Origin: Roseibacillus sp.
GTDB lineage: Bacteria; Verrucomicrobiota; Verrucomicrobiia; Verrucomicrobiales; Akkermansiaceae
Length of the DNA: 64,000 nt
Direction: 5' to 3'
NCBI GenBank assembly: GCA_051251855.1
Contig: JBPOGI010000003.1
Location: 1 to 64,000 of the forward strand
Shown: positions 15,824 through 25,519 of the stretch, one piece after another
How the letters are laid out: every line of letters starts with the position of its first letter
Numbering within the stretch: position 1 is the first letter of the stretch
Made by a program: the position numbers and the translations under genes
Notes under the pieces: model-generated
Databases searched by the model: none
Told to the model about the DNA's origin: nothing
The model's input: the letters and a program-made list of their open reading frames with translations, nothing else

Positions 15824-17326
15824 ATGTCTTTAAATCTCAAATGTGCGGCCTGCGGCCATCAAGTTCCTTTTCAAGATGGGGACCTCGAAACAGAAGCAAT
15901 CTGCCCAGGCTGCGAAGTTCTTCTTCGGCGTCGCTCGCTCGAAGACCAAATGGCCATTCCCGTCAGCATGGCCCTGCCTGACCAGTTCGAGCCTGCCGAC
16001 CTTGGCCGTGTTCCCAAGCATTCGCAGGAGCTCATTCATCGTTACCAAAAGAATATTGCGAGCCGTGTCGTTAAAACCGGTGATCCACTCAGCGATAGCA
16101 ATCATGCCCTCGCAAGGGCTATCGAGCATCTGGCTCTCGCCATCGAAACTTCTGGGTTCGACCACAAATCCTTCGACCGAGCGGAGGGGTATTTAACTCC
16201 AGATGAGTCGGCTGAAGATTTTTCCGAAGGTCAAAACCAGGTGCCAGTCCTTAATGGGCAGAACGGGAGTGGAGAGAGAAGTTCTCTCCCTGAAGCCAAT
16301 GGTCGCGCAGAGCCTATTGGTTCGCCGGTTCTCGTCAGACGGGAAGCCGCAGCCGAAGCGCATCGTTTTCAGCGCCAGACACAAGCTGCCACCGACATCA
16401 AGGGACCACAGAAGACCGCGGTGACGAACTGGATTGAAAAGCATCCGATTTCGATGCTCTTAGCAGGGTTGGCACTCTTAATCGCGCTCGTCGTCATGAC
16501 CACCATCCTGATGGATCGGTCCTTTACGAACAGTGATGAGGTTAGGCCTGCAGCGTCTACAATGTCTCAAGGAAATCAGGCTGAAGACCCCGACTTCTAT
16601 CATGCCGAACGCGAGGCACGAGGCTTCCTCAATGCCATCGCACTCAATCCTGCCAAGCCCTATATCTTTCGAGCCAATGAGATTGGGCCTAAACTGGAGA
16701 AATTTTTCTTACCTCTTCCAAACCCAGCTGACTACGAGCTCAAGCTCACTGGTCGGCAAAAAAATGAGAACAAAGCCGTTTACTATTACCAAGTTACCTG
16801 CGGCGATTTGACGCAGCCTTTGGTCGTCTTGCAGGAAAACCAACTCTTTAAAGTCTTCTGGGAGTTTGGCGCCTGCGTTGGAGATATTTCTTGGGAAGCC
16901 TTTGTCGATGAAGAGCCCAAGACCCCCGTCCTCATGAGGGCGTTCCTCAAACCTGACACCGTTTTCGACTCCGTACATGATCAAGCAAAATGGAGTAGTT
17001 GGCTGGCTGAAAACTGGGATGGCTCGCATTCCGCCCGGGTTTTTGTGAAACTTGGTTCTCCCGAGTATCGCCGCTTGACCTCAGCACTGGAGGAATATCC
17101 AGTCAAACGCCACCAAGCCAACTGGGTCATGGCCCAAGTCAGACTCAAGCACATGGGAACAGGAGTAGATCGCCTTGCCGGTGCCTTCGAAAGCGCTGAT
17201 GTTATCGAGGTACCCCTCGGGTCTTGGCTCCCAGAAGAATTCGTAGTCGGAGACACCTTCTATTCTGAGAGGGATAAGCTTGATGGCTCTCCTAAAGATC
17301 TTCAAGGCCTCCAAAAGCGAAATTAG
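15824..17326 (+). CDS. Zinc-ribbon, single-TM hypothetical protein
   Basis: CAAC...CPGC at N-terminus, central TM, 500 aa. Confidence 0.8.
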   Translation: MSLNLKCAACGHQVPFQDGDLETEAICPGCEVLLRRRSLEDQMAIPVSMALPDQFEPADLGRVPKHSQELIHRYQKNIASRVVKTGDPLSDSNHALARAIEHLALAIETSGFDHKSFDRAEGYLTPDESAEDFSEGQNQVPVLNGQNGSGERSSLPEANGRAEPIGSPVLVRREAAAEAHRFQRQTQAATDIKGPQKTAVTNWIEKHPISMLLAGLALLIALVVMTTILMDRSFTNSDEVRPAASTMSQGNQAEDPDFYHAEREARGFLNAIALNPAKPYIFRANEIGPKLEKFFLPLPNPADYELKLTGRQKNENKAVYYYQVTCGDLTQPLVVLQENQLFKVFWEFGACVGDISWEAFVDEEPKTPVLMRAFLKPDTVFDSVHDQAKWSSWLAENWDGSHSARVFVKLGSPEYRRLTSALEEYPVKRHQANWVMAQVRLKHMGTGVDRLAGAFESADVIEVPLGSWLPEEFVVGDTFYSERDKLDGSPKDLQGLQKRN

Positions 17327-17530
17327 GCAAGCTACTAATTACAGGAGTATCTTGGCTCTTCCTGTATCGAAAGTCTCGTTTGGAGGGTTTCTAAGCTGAA
17401 CAGCAATGTTTAGCTCGTAAATTTACATTTGCTTAGCCCTCCAGACGCAAAAGAGTAAAAGTAGATTTGCATATGCTCAGGCATTCCAATCCTTGGTCGA
17501 TTGACGACCTACCACAATCCTCTCCAGCGT

Positions 17531-20500
17531 ATGAAGACCCTTTTCGCACCCGCTCTCTTTGTTGCCCTAAGCACAATCTTGGCGGCCCAAAGCAATCGAT
17601 TCCAAGCCAATTTCGAGAGCGGAACAATTCCCCAAATAGGAACCGCCAACTACAACACGGGATCAGCCACAACCGCGGCCCTGCAAGTTTCTGTCGCTAG
17701 TGCCCCCGATTCGACCTTAGGGAACAATGTTCTCCTTCTTGAAAGTAACGGTGGAGGACAACTTGCAGCCCGCCTCGACTTCGATAGTGCTGCTACTCTT
17801 CAAAGCAACTCGATCACTATTGACTTCGACCTCGCCTCTCGCCGCACCAACGGAAGTTCCAAAACCACTACTTTATCTGGATACACCGCAGCTAATCAAA
17901 AAATCTTCTCTTTAGTCTTAGGAGATTTCAACGCCTTTGGAAATGGAAACGGCGATCGCCAACGACCAGGCTACGAAACAAGTGCCTCGGGAAAAGCCAT
18001 TCTCCCAGGAAGCAATTCCCCAGGAGCGTATTGGTGGGGGGCCGATACGAACACCTCTACCTTCGATGCCAGCAAAGACGCTCACTTTACCCTCACCATC
18101 GAATCGAGTTCCTGGTCCGTCTCGACCACGAATCAGAACGGCACTTCGTTTTCTTCAGACACCCTTCCCCACTACGACGGAGGCTCCCATACCAATCTCG
18201 CCTATCTCACTCTGGCCACTGAAACTGGAAACTCGTTTGGACTCTACTGGGATAATCTGGTCGTCAACGGATTTCCCGATAACGCTGCCTTAGGAACCTA
18301 TTATTGGACTGGCGACGGTGACGGAAGCTCCCTTTTCCAAGAGAATAACTGGAACACTGAGAGCAATGGGACCGGAAGCAATATTCCCGCCATCACATCA
18401 GCCAGCCCCGTCAACGCTCACCTCATCATCAACAATGGTAGTCCCGGTGGAGGAGGGGCCAATGGCGAGCTGGACCTCGGTTTGGGCTCCCTACTGATGA
18501 ATGGAGGAAGCCTTAACTTCTCCGGAACCAACGGCATCACAGGGGGCAACCTCACGATCAATAATGGTTCTACCCAGCTGAATGCAGAACATGTTTTCAA
18601 TTCCGAGCTCAATGCCTCTGCCGGCACAATCATTACCCTCTCAGGTGCCTTTACCAGCACGCCCCTCGATAATTCGGGAGCCGAGATCACAGCTGCTGCG
18701 TTGATGGACAGCTCCAACACCACCCAGAGCTCAGGCACCTTAACTCTCACTTCTCCCTCTCCGTTCAAAGACTCCACTTTCAACTTTACGGGCACTTCAT
18801 CCGGAACCCTCGCCCTCACAAACCTGAGCCCGTCTGAAGTCAACGCCCAATGGCTCGACCACATTCTCGTAAATGGGGCGCCCGCTATCGCCACCGGGCC
18901 TTCGCAAACTATCCAAATCTTTGCCGATGGATCAGTGGGAACTCTCGTTACCCTCTATGAAGGATTCATCGACCTTGATGGCGACCAAATGAACGATGCT
19001 TGGGAGCAGGCCAACTTTGGAGACCTCTCTCGAGACGGCGATGAAGACTTTGACGATGACGGGCTGACCGACCTCCTAGAATTTCAAAACAATACCCAGC
19101 CCAAAAATCCCGATAGCGACAACGACCTCCTTACCGATGGCGAAGAAATCAATCTCTACCAGACGGACCCATTAGACTCTGATTCCGATGATGACTCCAA
19201 TCCCGATGGCTTCGAAATTGCCAAAGCAACCGACCCCACCTCTTCTTCCTCAAAGACCGAGCGGCCCAACATCATTTTCATCCTCGCCGACGACCTTGGC
19301 TATGGAGACATTGGCGTCCTCTATCAAAACAGTAAGAGCGGAAAAAAATTCAAAACCCCCTTCTTCGACCAAATGGCCGCTGATGGGCTCATGCTCGATC
19401 GTCACTACTGCCCAGCTCCCGTTTGCGCGCCTTCTCGAGCTTCACTCCTAACAGGTCTCCATCAAGGACATGCCAATGTGCGCGATAACCAGTTCGACAA
19501 AGCTATCGAAGACAACCACAGCCTTGCCACCATTCTAAAGGCAGCAGGATACTCTACCAACATTATCGGCAAGTGGGGATTACAAGGCGGCGGAGGCACA
19601 CCTTGGCTCTGGCCTGCTTACCCGACTAAGCGCGGGTTCGACTACTTCTATGGCTACGTAGGCCACGGCGATGGTCATACCCACTATCCCGACCACGTAA
19701 CCGACTCCCGAGGGCTCAAGAGGCTCTACGACCAGAATACCATGGTGCGTGACGACCTCGACAAGTGCTTCACTCCTGACCTCTTCACCGCGCGGGCTAA
19801 AAAGCTCATTACTGATGAAGTGAACGACGGCGACGAACAGCCATTCTTCCTCTATCTCGCCTACGATACCCCCCACGCTGCCCTTCAATTGCCCACCATC
19901 GAATACCCCGGCGAGAATGGCAGCAACGACCTCGATGATTCCGGACTCGGCGCTACAGGCGGCGTGCAATGGAACGGCGTCCCGGGTAACATGATTAATA
20001 CCGCCACCGGCACCATCGATTCCTACCGCCACCCTGACTACACCACAGGGGTGAGCAACTCTTGGACCGACGTTGAAGAACGTTTTGCAACTCTCGTCCG
20101 TCGCATGGATGACAACTTAGGTGACCTGCGCAAGACCCTCGTCGACCTCGGAATCGCAGACAACACCCTCATTGTCTACACCTCCGATAACGGACCGCAC
20201 TCCGAAGACTATCTCGATACCGCTGATACAAATGATGGCTCATCCTACCTCCCTACCTCCTTCCAATCCTATGGTCCTTTCGAAGGGCAAAAAAGAGATT
20301 GTTGGGAGGGCGGAATTCGTGAGCCCTCGTTCGTCTGTTGGCCGAACACCGTTCCACAGGGAAAAATCACCACTCAACATTCCCAATTCCACGATTGGCT
20401 TCCTACTTTTTGTGAGGTCGCGGGCGTCGATATTCCTGCGCGAACCGATGGGGTGTCCTTGATGCCTACTCTTCTCGAACCCGATAATCCTAACAATCAG

Positions 20501-22669
20501 GAAACACCTACAACCTACATCGAGTACTCGACTGGTGGCAACACCCCCAATTGGAGCGACTTTAACAATCACGGCGGCACCACCCGCTCGCAGACCCAGG
20601 TCATCTTCCTGGATGGTTACAAAGGCATTCGAACCAACCCTGCCAACGCCAATGGAAATTTTCAAATCTACGAAACCATCGCCGACCCAGATGAGGCCAC
20701 TAATCTACGCACGACGTCTCCTTATTTTGGAGAACTCAACGAACGTATGAAAGATCGGGTCCTCCAAATCCGCCAACCCACCAGCTCCGCCTCACGCCCA
20801 TGGGACAGTGCTCCCGTTCCAGTTCCAACGACACTCCCAAGTCTGATTAATGGCCTAGGCTATCAAAGCTACACCGGAATTTGGCCTTGGATTCCCGACT
20901 TTGCGGAGCTGACTCCCCTCACAAGTGGCGGCCTCACAAGCGGAATCGACCTCACCGTTCTTCCCGCAGGTGCTCATGACTCCGGCCTTCTCTTCACGGG
21001 CTACTTGAACATTCCAACCACCGGGACATGGAACTTTGCACTCCTGTCCGATTCGGGAGCGTTCCTTCGTATCCATGACGTCATGGTCGTGGATGATGAC
21101 TACGAGCACGATGGCACTTCTTCGAGCGGAAACCTTCTCCTCGAGGCAGGCCTGCACCCTTTTCGGCTTTACTATAAAAATAGTAAACCAGCGACACCAT
21201 CTCTTGACCTCACATGGAGTGGACCTAATGTCAGTGGAGAGACGATTCCAACCTCTGCCTTCTTTACCGAGGGTCAACCTGACCCAATCCCCGTCGCCAC
21301 TCCGGATAACGCGACTACCGAAGCGACGGCATCTCTCGCGCAACCTGTTACTATTTCTCCCCTTGATAACGACTTGGATGATGGATTTCCAACCACTCTC
21401 TCACTCGCCAGCTTCACCACACCTCGGCACGGCACGGTGACTCAGAATGGCAACAACCTCATCTATACTCCTAACCTTTCCTATTACGGCCCCGATTCAT
21501 TCGCCTATACCGTCACTGATGGCTTGAACTTCGTCACTGGCACCATCTCCGTCGCAACCACCTTTGATGCTCCCGATATCTGGCTTCCTTTCAACGAGTG
21601 CGGTGGCGACGAAACTTATCGAGCTAACGGTCTGCAAGCAGGTAGTCTCGCGGCGACGACAGCACGTGCCATCGGCAAAGCTGGGCTGGGACTCACCTTC
21701 AATGGTATCAATTCAGAATTTGCGCTCAATGGGCTCAACGAACTACCGGTAGGTAGTAGCCCTCGAACCGCCATGGCTTGGATTCGCGTTCCCGCAGGCG
21801 AGGCCCTCGAAAACCAAGCCATCTTTGGTTACGGGGTGAACAGTGCTGGAGAGCGTTTTACCCTTCGCCTCAACGGAGGTAGCGGCAGTAACAATCCCGG
21901 CAGCCCCCATCAAGCGGTTCGACTCGAAGTAGAATCTGGCAACATCATTGGTAACGCGTTCGTGGACGACGGTCAGTGGCACCACATCGCGGTCGTTTGC
22001 GAGCCCGAAGACAATGGCACCCTCCTCGTCGAAAAAACCCGTATCTACGTCGACGGCATCCTTGATACTGATGCCGATACTAGCGGCTTGGGGCCAGCCT
22101 CAGCTGTCAATCGCGCCATGAACACCGGCAACAGCACCGCAACCTTTGGCGGCGCCAGCCATTCAAGCGGCTTCTCATTCTTAGGAGAGATCGACGAGTT
22201 TCGCCTCTACCCTCGTGCTCTCTCCTCAAACGAAATTCTCGCCATCTCAGCTGCCGGTCTCCAAGCACCTGCGGCCTGGCATCGCCGCTACTTTGGTGAT
22301 GCCGTTCTCACTAGTTGGGAAAGCGACGCTGACGAAGACGGATTCTCTCGCCTCGCTGAGTATGCCTTTGGAGGCAACCCTCTCGTCCCCGATTCCTTGC
22401 TTCTCTCACCAGTTTGTTCTTTCGATAATCAAAGCCAAAAAATCTCGATATCGTTCCGAAGGAAGAGTTTCCCCGAAGCGAACAACCTCTCCTACTTCGT
22501 AGAAACCTCGACGAATTTGGTTCCTCCTTGGGGACTGGCTGCCACAGAAACCATGAGCGACGATCTATCAGTTCAAGATTGTCTCGAGTGGGCAACATTC
22601 GAAACCGACAACGGCGCTGATATCACGAACCCTCAGTTCTTGCGGGTAAAGGCAGAATTCGTTCCTTAG
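17531..22669 (+). CDS. Large secreted multidomain sulfatase (Ca-binding repeats, sulfatase, PA14, Ig-like, LamG)
   Basis: DxDxD repeats; RPNIIFILADD, CAPSRASLLTG; FTGYLNIP..G.WNF; YTP...Y.G.DSF.YTV.DG; DGQWHHIAVV...GEIDEFRLY. Confidence 0.92.
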   Translation: MKTLFAPALFVALSTILAAQSNRFQANFESGTIPQIGTANYNTGSATTAALQVSVASAPDSTLGNNVLLLESNGGGQLAARLDFDSAATLQSNSITIDFDLASRRTNGSSKTTTLSGYTAANQKIFSLVLGDFNAFGNGNGDRQRPGYETSASGKAILPGSNSPGAYWWGADTNTSTFDASKDAHFTLTIESSSWSVSTTNQNGTSFSSDTLPHYDGGSHTNLAYLTLATETGNSFGLYWDNLVVNGFPDNAALGTYYWTGDGDGSSLFQENNWNTESNGTGSNIPAITSASPVNAHLIINNGSPGGGGANGELDLGLGSLLMNGGSLNFSGTNGITGGNLTINNGSTQLNAEHVFNSELNASAGTIITLSGAFTSTPLDNSGAEITAAALMDSSNTTQSSGTLTLTSPSPFKDSTFNFTGTSSGTLALTNLSPSEVNAQWLDHILVNGAPAIATGPSQTIQIFADGSVGTLVTLYEGFIDLDGDQMNDAWEQANFGDLSRDGDEDFDDDGLTDLLEFQNNTQPKNPDSDNDLLTDGEEINLYQTDPLDSDSDDDSNPDGFEIAKATDPTSSSSKTERPNIIFILADDLGYGDIGVLYQNSKSGKKFKTPFFDQMAADGLMLDRHYCPAPVCAPSRASLLTGLHQGHANVRDNQFDKAIEDNHSLATILKAAGYSTNIIGKWGLQGGGGTPWLWPAYPTKRGFDYFYGYVGHGDGHTHYPDHVTDSRGLKRLYDQNTMVRDDLDKCFTPDLFTARAKKLITDEVNDGDEQPFFLYLAYDTPHAALQLPTIEYPGENGSNDLDDSGLGATGGVQWNGVPGNMINTATGTIDSYRHPDYTTGVSNSWTDVEERFATLVRRMDDNLGDLRKTLVDLGIADNTLIVYTSDNGPHSEDYLDTADTNDGSSYLPTSFQSYGPFEGQKRDCWEGGIREPSFVCWPNTVPQGKITTQHSQFHDWLPTFCEVAGVDIPARTDGVSLMPTLLEPDNPNNQETPTTYIEYSTGGNTPNWSDFNNHGGTTRSQTQVIFLDGYKGIRTNPANANGNFQIYETIADPDEATNLRTTSPYFGELNERMKDRVLQIRQPTSSASRPWDSAPVPVPTTLPSLINGLGYQSYTGIWPWIPDFAELTPLTSGGLTSGIDLTVLPAGAHDSGLLFTGYLNIPTTGTWNFALLSDSGAFLRIHDVMVVDDDYEHDGTSSSGNLLLEAGLHPFRLYYKNSKPATPSLDLTWSGPNVSGETIPTSAFFTEGQPDPIPVATPDNATTEATASLAQPVTISPLDNDLDDGFPTTLSLASFTTPRHGTVTQNGNNLIYTPNLSYYGPDSFAYTVTDGLNFVTGTISVATTFDAPDIWLPFNECGGDETYRANGLQAGSLAATTARAIGKAGLGLTFNGINSEFALNGLNELPVGSSPRTAMAWIRVPAGEALENQAIFGYGVNSAGERFTLRLNGGSGSNNPGSPHQAVRLEVESGNIIGNAFVDDGQWHHIAVVCEPEDNGTLLVEKTRIYVDGILDTDADTSGLGPASAVNRAMNTGNSTATFGGASHSSGFSFLGEIDEFRLYPRALSSNEILAISAAGLQAPAAWHRRYFGDAVLTSWESDADEDGFSRLAEYAFGGNPLVPDSLLLSPVCSFDNQSQKISISFRRKSFPEANNLSYFVETSTNLVPPWGLAATETMSDDLSVQDCLEWATFETDNGADITNPQFLRVKAEFVP

Positions 22670-22790
22670 AGCCTGTCTGAAAACTGCCAAATGAGCGTCC
22701 CAGAGTTGATTTCGTATGAGTCATCTGCGGCTTCGCCGATGGCAGAGAAAAAGACCGTATCGAGCTACGAAGGATTTTTCAGACCGGCTC
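22669..22790. mobile_element. MITE-like element, 122 bp
   Basis: Terminal inverted repeats gagcctgtctgaaaa / ttttcagaccggctc (14 of 15) flanked by TTA and TAA. Confidence 0.7.
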
Positions 22791-22800
22791 TAAGAAAGGG

Positions 22801-24171
22801 CTACTCTTCATACTCCTCCGAACGTGGAGGAGGCGGTGACTTCGTTGGCTCAACGCCATGGCTTCGCATGATATTGGCGAGCGCGTCTTCCGAATACTGA
22901 ATGGGCCGAAAATTTCCGGGTCGGAATCCCTGCGCAATCAAGAGAGGCGTCCAGCCATAGCGATTCCTCTCATTCCAGATCGCAATGTCCGCACCCTCTT
23001 TATCCAAAAACTCCATCATCTTAGGAGAGGCCTTGTAAGCCGCTCCATGCATCGCGGTTTCCCCATTTTTGTTCACATGGTTAATGTCTGCCCCCAAGGT
23101 CAAAAGGAACTCTCCCATGGCAAGCGCATCCTCTTCCAAAGACTGCTCTTCACCAGGCGCCAAAATCCCCAAGCCCACAGCGGTGAGAAACGGAGTGGTA
23201 TCGTCGGCACTATTGAGAGTGGGATCCGCGCCTAGCTCCAATAAGAGCTTTGCCAAAGCCAAATCTCCCGAAGCAGCTGCCATAAAGAACGGGGTCTGAC
23301 CTTTGCGATGAACACGTCCCCTGCCCCCTCCTCCATTCACCAGCTGTAGATTCACATCCGCTCCAGCCTCGACCAATTTTCTAACAAAACCAAGAGAGCC
23401 CAATTCGCTCATAATAAAGGGTGGCGGAATGCCATCGGCACCATCACCTCGCACTGACTTACGCACCCATGTCAGCGCATGCAAGGGGCCATAGCTCGAA
23501 CGAAGGTCATTAGGATCAGCTCCTCGTGCCACCAATTCCAGCGCCAGTTCCAAATGCCCGTTCTCCACAGCTAACATCATCGGAGATGTTCCCCCTCGCA
23601 TATTACCTCCACCGCCTCGTTTAGGATTGTATGCTTTATCAACAGCTAAGCCGCTCTCAAGAAGTTCTACCACCACATCACGATGTCCTCCACGCACTGC
23701 GAAAAGAAGAGCATCAAACCCCGTGTCCAAAGTCTTTTCAGTATCAGCTCCCTTGGCAATCAATAGCGAGACCACTTCCTGGTGCCCTGCCGCAGCCGCC
23801 CACATTAACGGGGTCTGACTTCCTCTCCCCGACTCATCTATCTTCGCTCCCGCCGCTAACAGCATCTTCACGCAAGCGACCGAACCCGTTCGCGCTGCAA
23901 TCAGGAGGGGTGGTTCTCTTCCCGAACGGGTTTGCGCTTGCGCTCCCTTGGCCAACAGCAATTCGACCAACTCCGCGTTTCCGTTCTGACAAGCCAGACC
24001 CAAGGCGGTCACCCCACGTTGGTCAGGCTCATCAACCGCAAGCCCCTCCACAAGAAGAGCCTTCGCCTGGGACGTCTCATTGGCGAAGACGGCATTGATA
24101 AGCTCATCTCGGTCTGCCAACAGACTCTTCGAACAAATCAATGTCGCTAAGAAAACGGCAGATATCCTCAT
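22801..24171 (-). CDS. Exported ankyrin-repeat protein
   Basis: Multiple TPL..AA..G...V..LL..GAD repeats; signal peptide from MRISAV. Confidence 0.92.
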   Translation of the reverse strand: MRISAVFLATLICSKSLLADRDELINAVFANETSQAKALLVEGLAVDEPDQRGVTALGLACQNGNAELVELLLAKGAQAQTRSGREPPLLIAARTGSVACVKMLLAAGAKIDESGRGSQTPLMWAAAAGHQEVVSLLIAKGADTEKTLDTGFDALLFAVRGGHRDVVVELLESGLAVDKAYNPKRGGGGNMRGGTSPMMLAVENGHLELALELVARGADPNDLRSSYGPLHALTWVRKSVRGDGADGIPPPFIMSELGSLGFVRKLVEAGADVNLQLVNGGGGRGRVHRKGQTPFFMAAASGDLALAKLLLELGADPTLNSADDTTPFLTAVGLGILAPGEEQSLEEDALAMGEFLLTLGADINHVNKNGETAMHGAAYKASPKMMEFLDKEGADIAIWNERNRYGWTPLLIAQGFRPGNFRPIQYSEDALANIMRSHGVEPTKSPPPPRSEEYEE

Positions 24172-24175
24172 CACT

Positions 24176-25519
24176 TTAAATCCCCAGAGGCTCGAACAAA
24201 TCATCAATCTGCCCGTTACTATCTCCAAAGTTATCCAAGGTGACCCCAACCTTATCGAGCAAGCTCAAATGCAAGTTCGCAAGTGGAGTGGGATTCTCAT
24301 AGCGAAGGTGTCGTCCGCCCTTCATCCCCCCTGCGGCACCGCCCGCCACCACAATCGGCAAGTCGGTATGGTCGTGTAAATTGGGATTCCCCATCCCGCT
24401 TCCATAGAGCAACAGCGAGTGGTCGAGCAAACTCCCCATGCCGTCCTCGGTCGCAGCCAGCTTTTGCAAAAACTCTGCAAAGAGCGACACGTGGAATTGG
24501 TTGATTTTCGCCATTTTCTCAATCTTCTCAGGATTGTTGCCATGGTGGGAAAGAGGATGGTGTGGATCGGTGACGCCCACTTCAGGATAAGTTCGGTTAC
24601 TGGTCTCTCGAGCCAACTGGAAGGTCGAGACCCGCGTGATATCTCCTTGGAAGGCCAACACCTGCAAATCGAACATCAACCGCGCGTGGTCCAGATAGGA
24701 AGCCGGCACCCCCATGGGACGCTCGATATCCGGATCAGGAATCTCCTTGGCAGTATTTTCGGCTAATTGAATCCGCTTCTCAACGTCGCGCACGGCATCA
24801 AGATAGTCCGCCATCTTGGCGCTATCGGAAGCTCCCAGCTCGCGCTTCAAGCTCGCCATATCATCCTTCACCCAATCTAACAGTGACGCACGACGCTGGC
24901 GGGAAGACTCGCGCTCTTCAGGCGTTCCACCTTCTCCAAAGAGGCTCTCAAAAATCAATCGTGGATGCGCCTCTGCTGGCAAAGGGGTGGTGGGCGAGGA
25001 CCATGAGAGGTTGTTTTGGTAGACGCAGGCATAACCATTGTCGCACTGCCCCACCGTCTCCATCAGGTCCATTGACATTTCCAAAGACGAGAGCTGAGTT
25101 CCTCGTCCAATCTGCTTCGCCGCAATTTGGTCAGCGGTCACTCCCAGAAAGTAATCTGAACTCTCCGTCCGCTTTGCTCGCGCAGCAGAGAGAAAGGCCG
25201 AGTTCGAAGTCGCGTGGGTGCCAGGATAAGCCGGCTGAAGCTCCAAGTTAGAAATCACACTCACCTGATCCCTTACGGACTCTAGCGGGCTCAGAATCGG
25301 CGAAAGCTTACCCAAGTCACCGGTACCATTCGGCGTCCAGCGGGTGATATCTGTGCCCATCGGAATGAAGACGTATCCCAACCTCTTCACAGGTCGAGCT
25401 GCCGTGCGAGTCATTGCAGTCGCAGCTGGAATCATGGCATCAAGCAAAGGCAAGGCAACCGTTGCACCCATCCCTCGAAGGACAGTGCGGCGAGAAAGTG
25501 ATTTGCGCGTGAGAAACAT
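24176..25519 (-). CDS. DUF1552 family protein (Tat-like signal)
   Basis: LSRRTVLRG.G...ALPLLDAM, HHPLSHH, SLLD....YGSGMG. Confidence 0.9.
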   Translation of the reverse strand: MFLTRKSLSRRTVLRGMGATVALPLLDAMIPAATAMTRTAARPVKRLGYVFIPMGTDITRWTPNGTGDLGKLSPILSPLESVRDQVSVISNLELQPAYPGTHATSNSAFLSAARAKRTESSDYFLGVTADQIAAKQIGRGTQLSSLEMSMDLMETVGQCDNGYACVYQNNLSWSSPTTPLPAEAHPRLIFESLFGEGGTPEERESSRQRRASLLDWVKDDMASLKRELGASDSAKMADYLDAVRDVEKRIQLAENTAKEIPDPDIERPMGVPASYLDHARLMFDLQVLAFQGDITRVSTFQLARETSNRTYPEVGVTDPHHPLSHHGNNPEKIEKMAKINQFHVSLFAEFLQKLAATEDGMGSLLDHSLLLYGSGMGNPNLHDHTDLPIVVAGGAAGGMKGGRHLRYENPTPLANLHLSLLDKVGVTLDNFGDSNGQIDDLFEPLGI

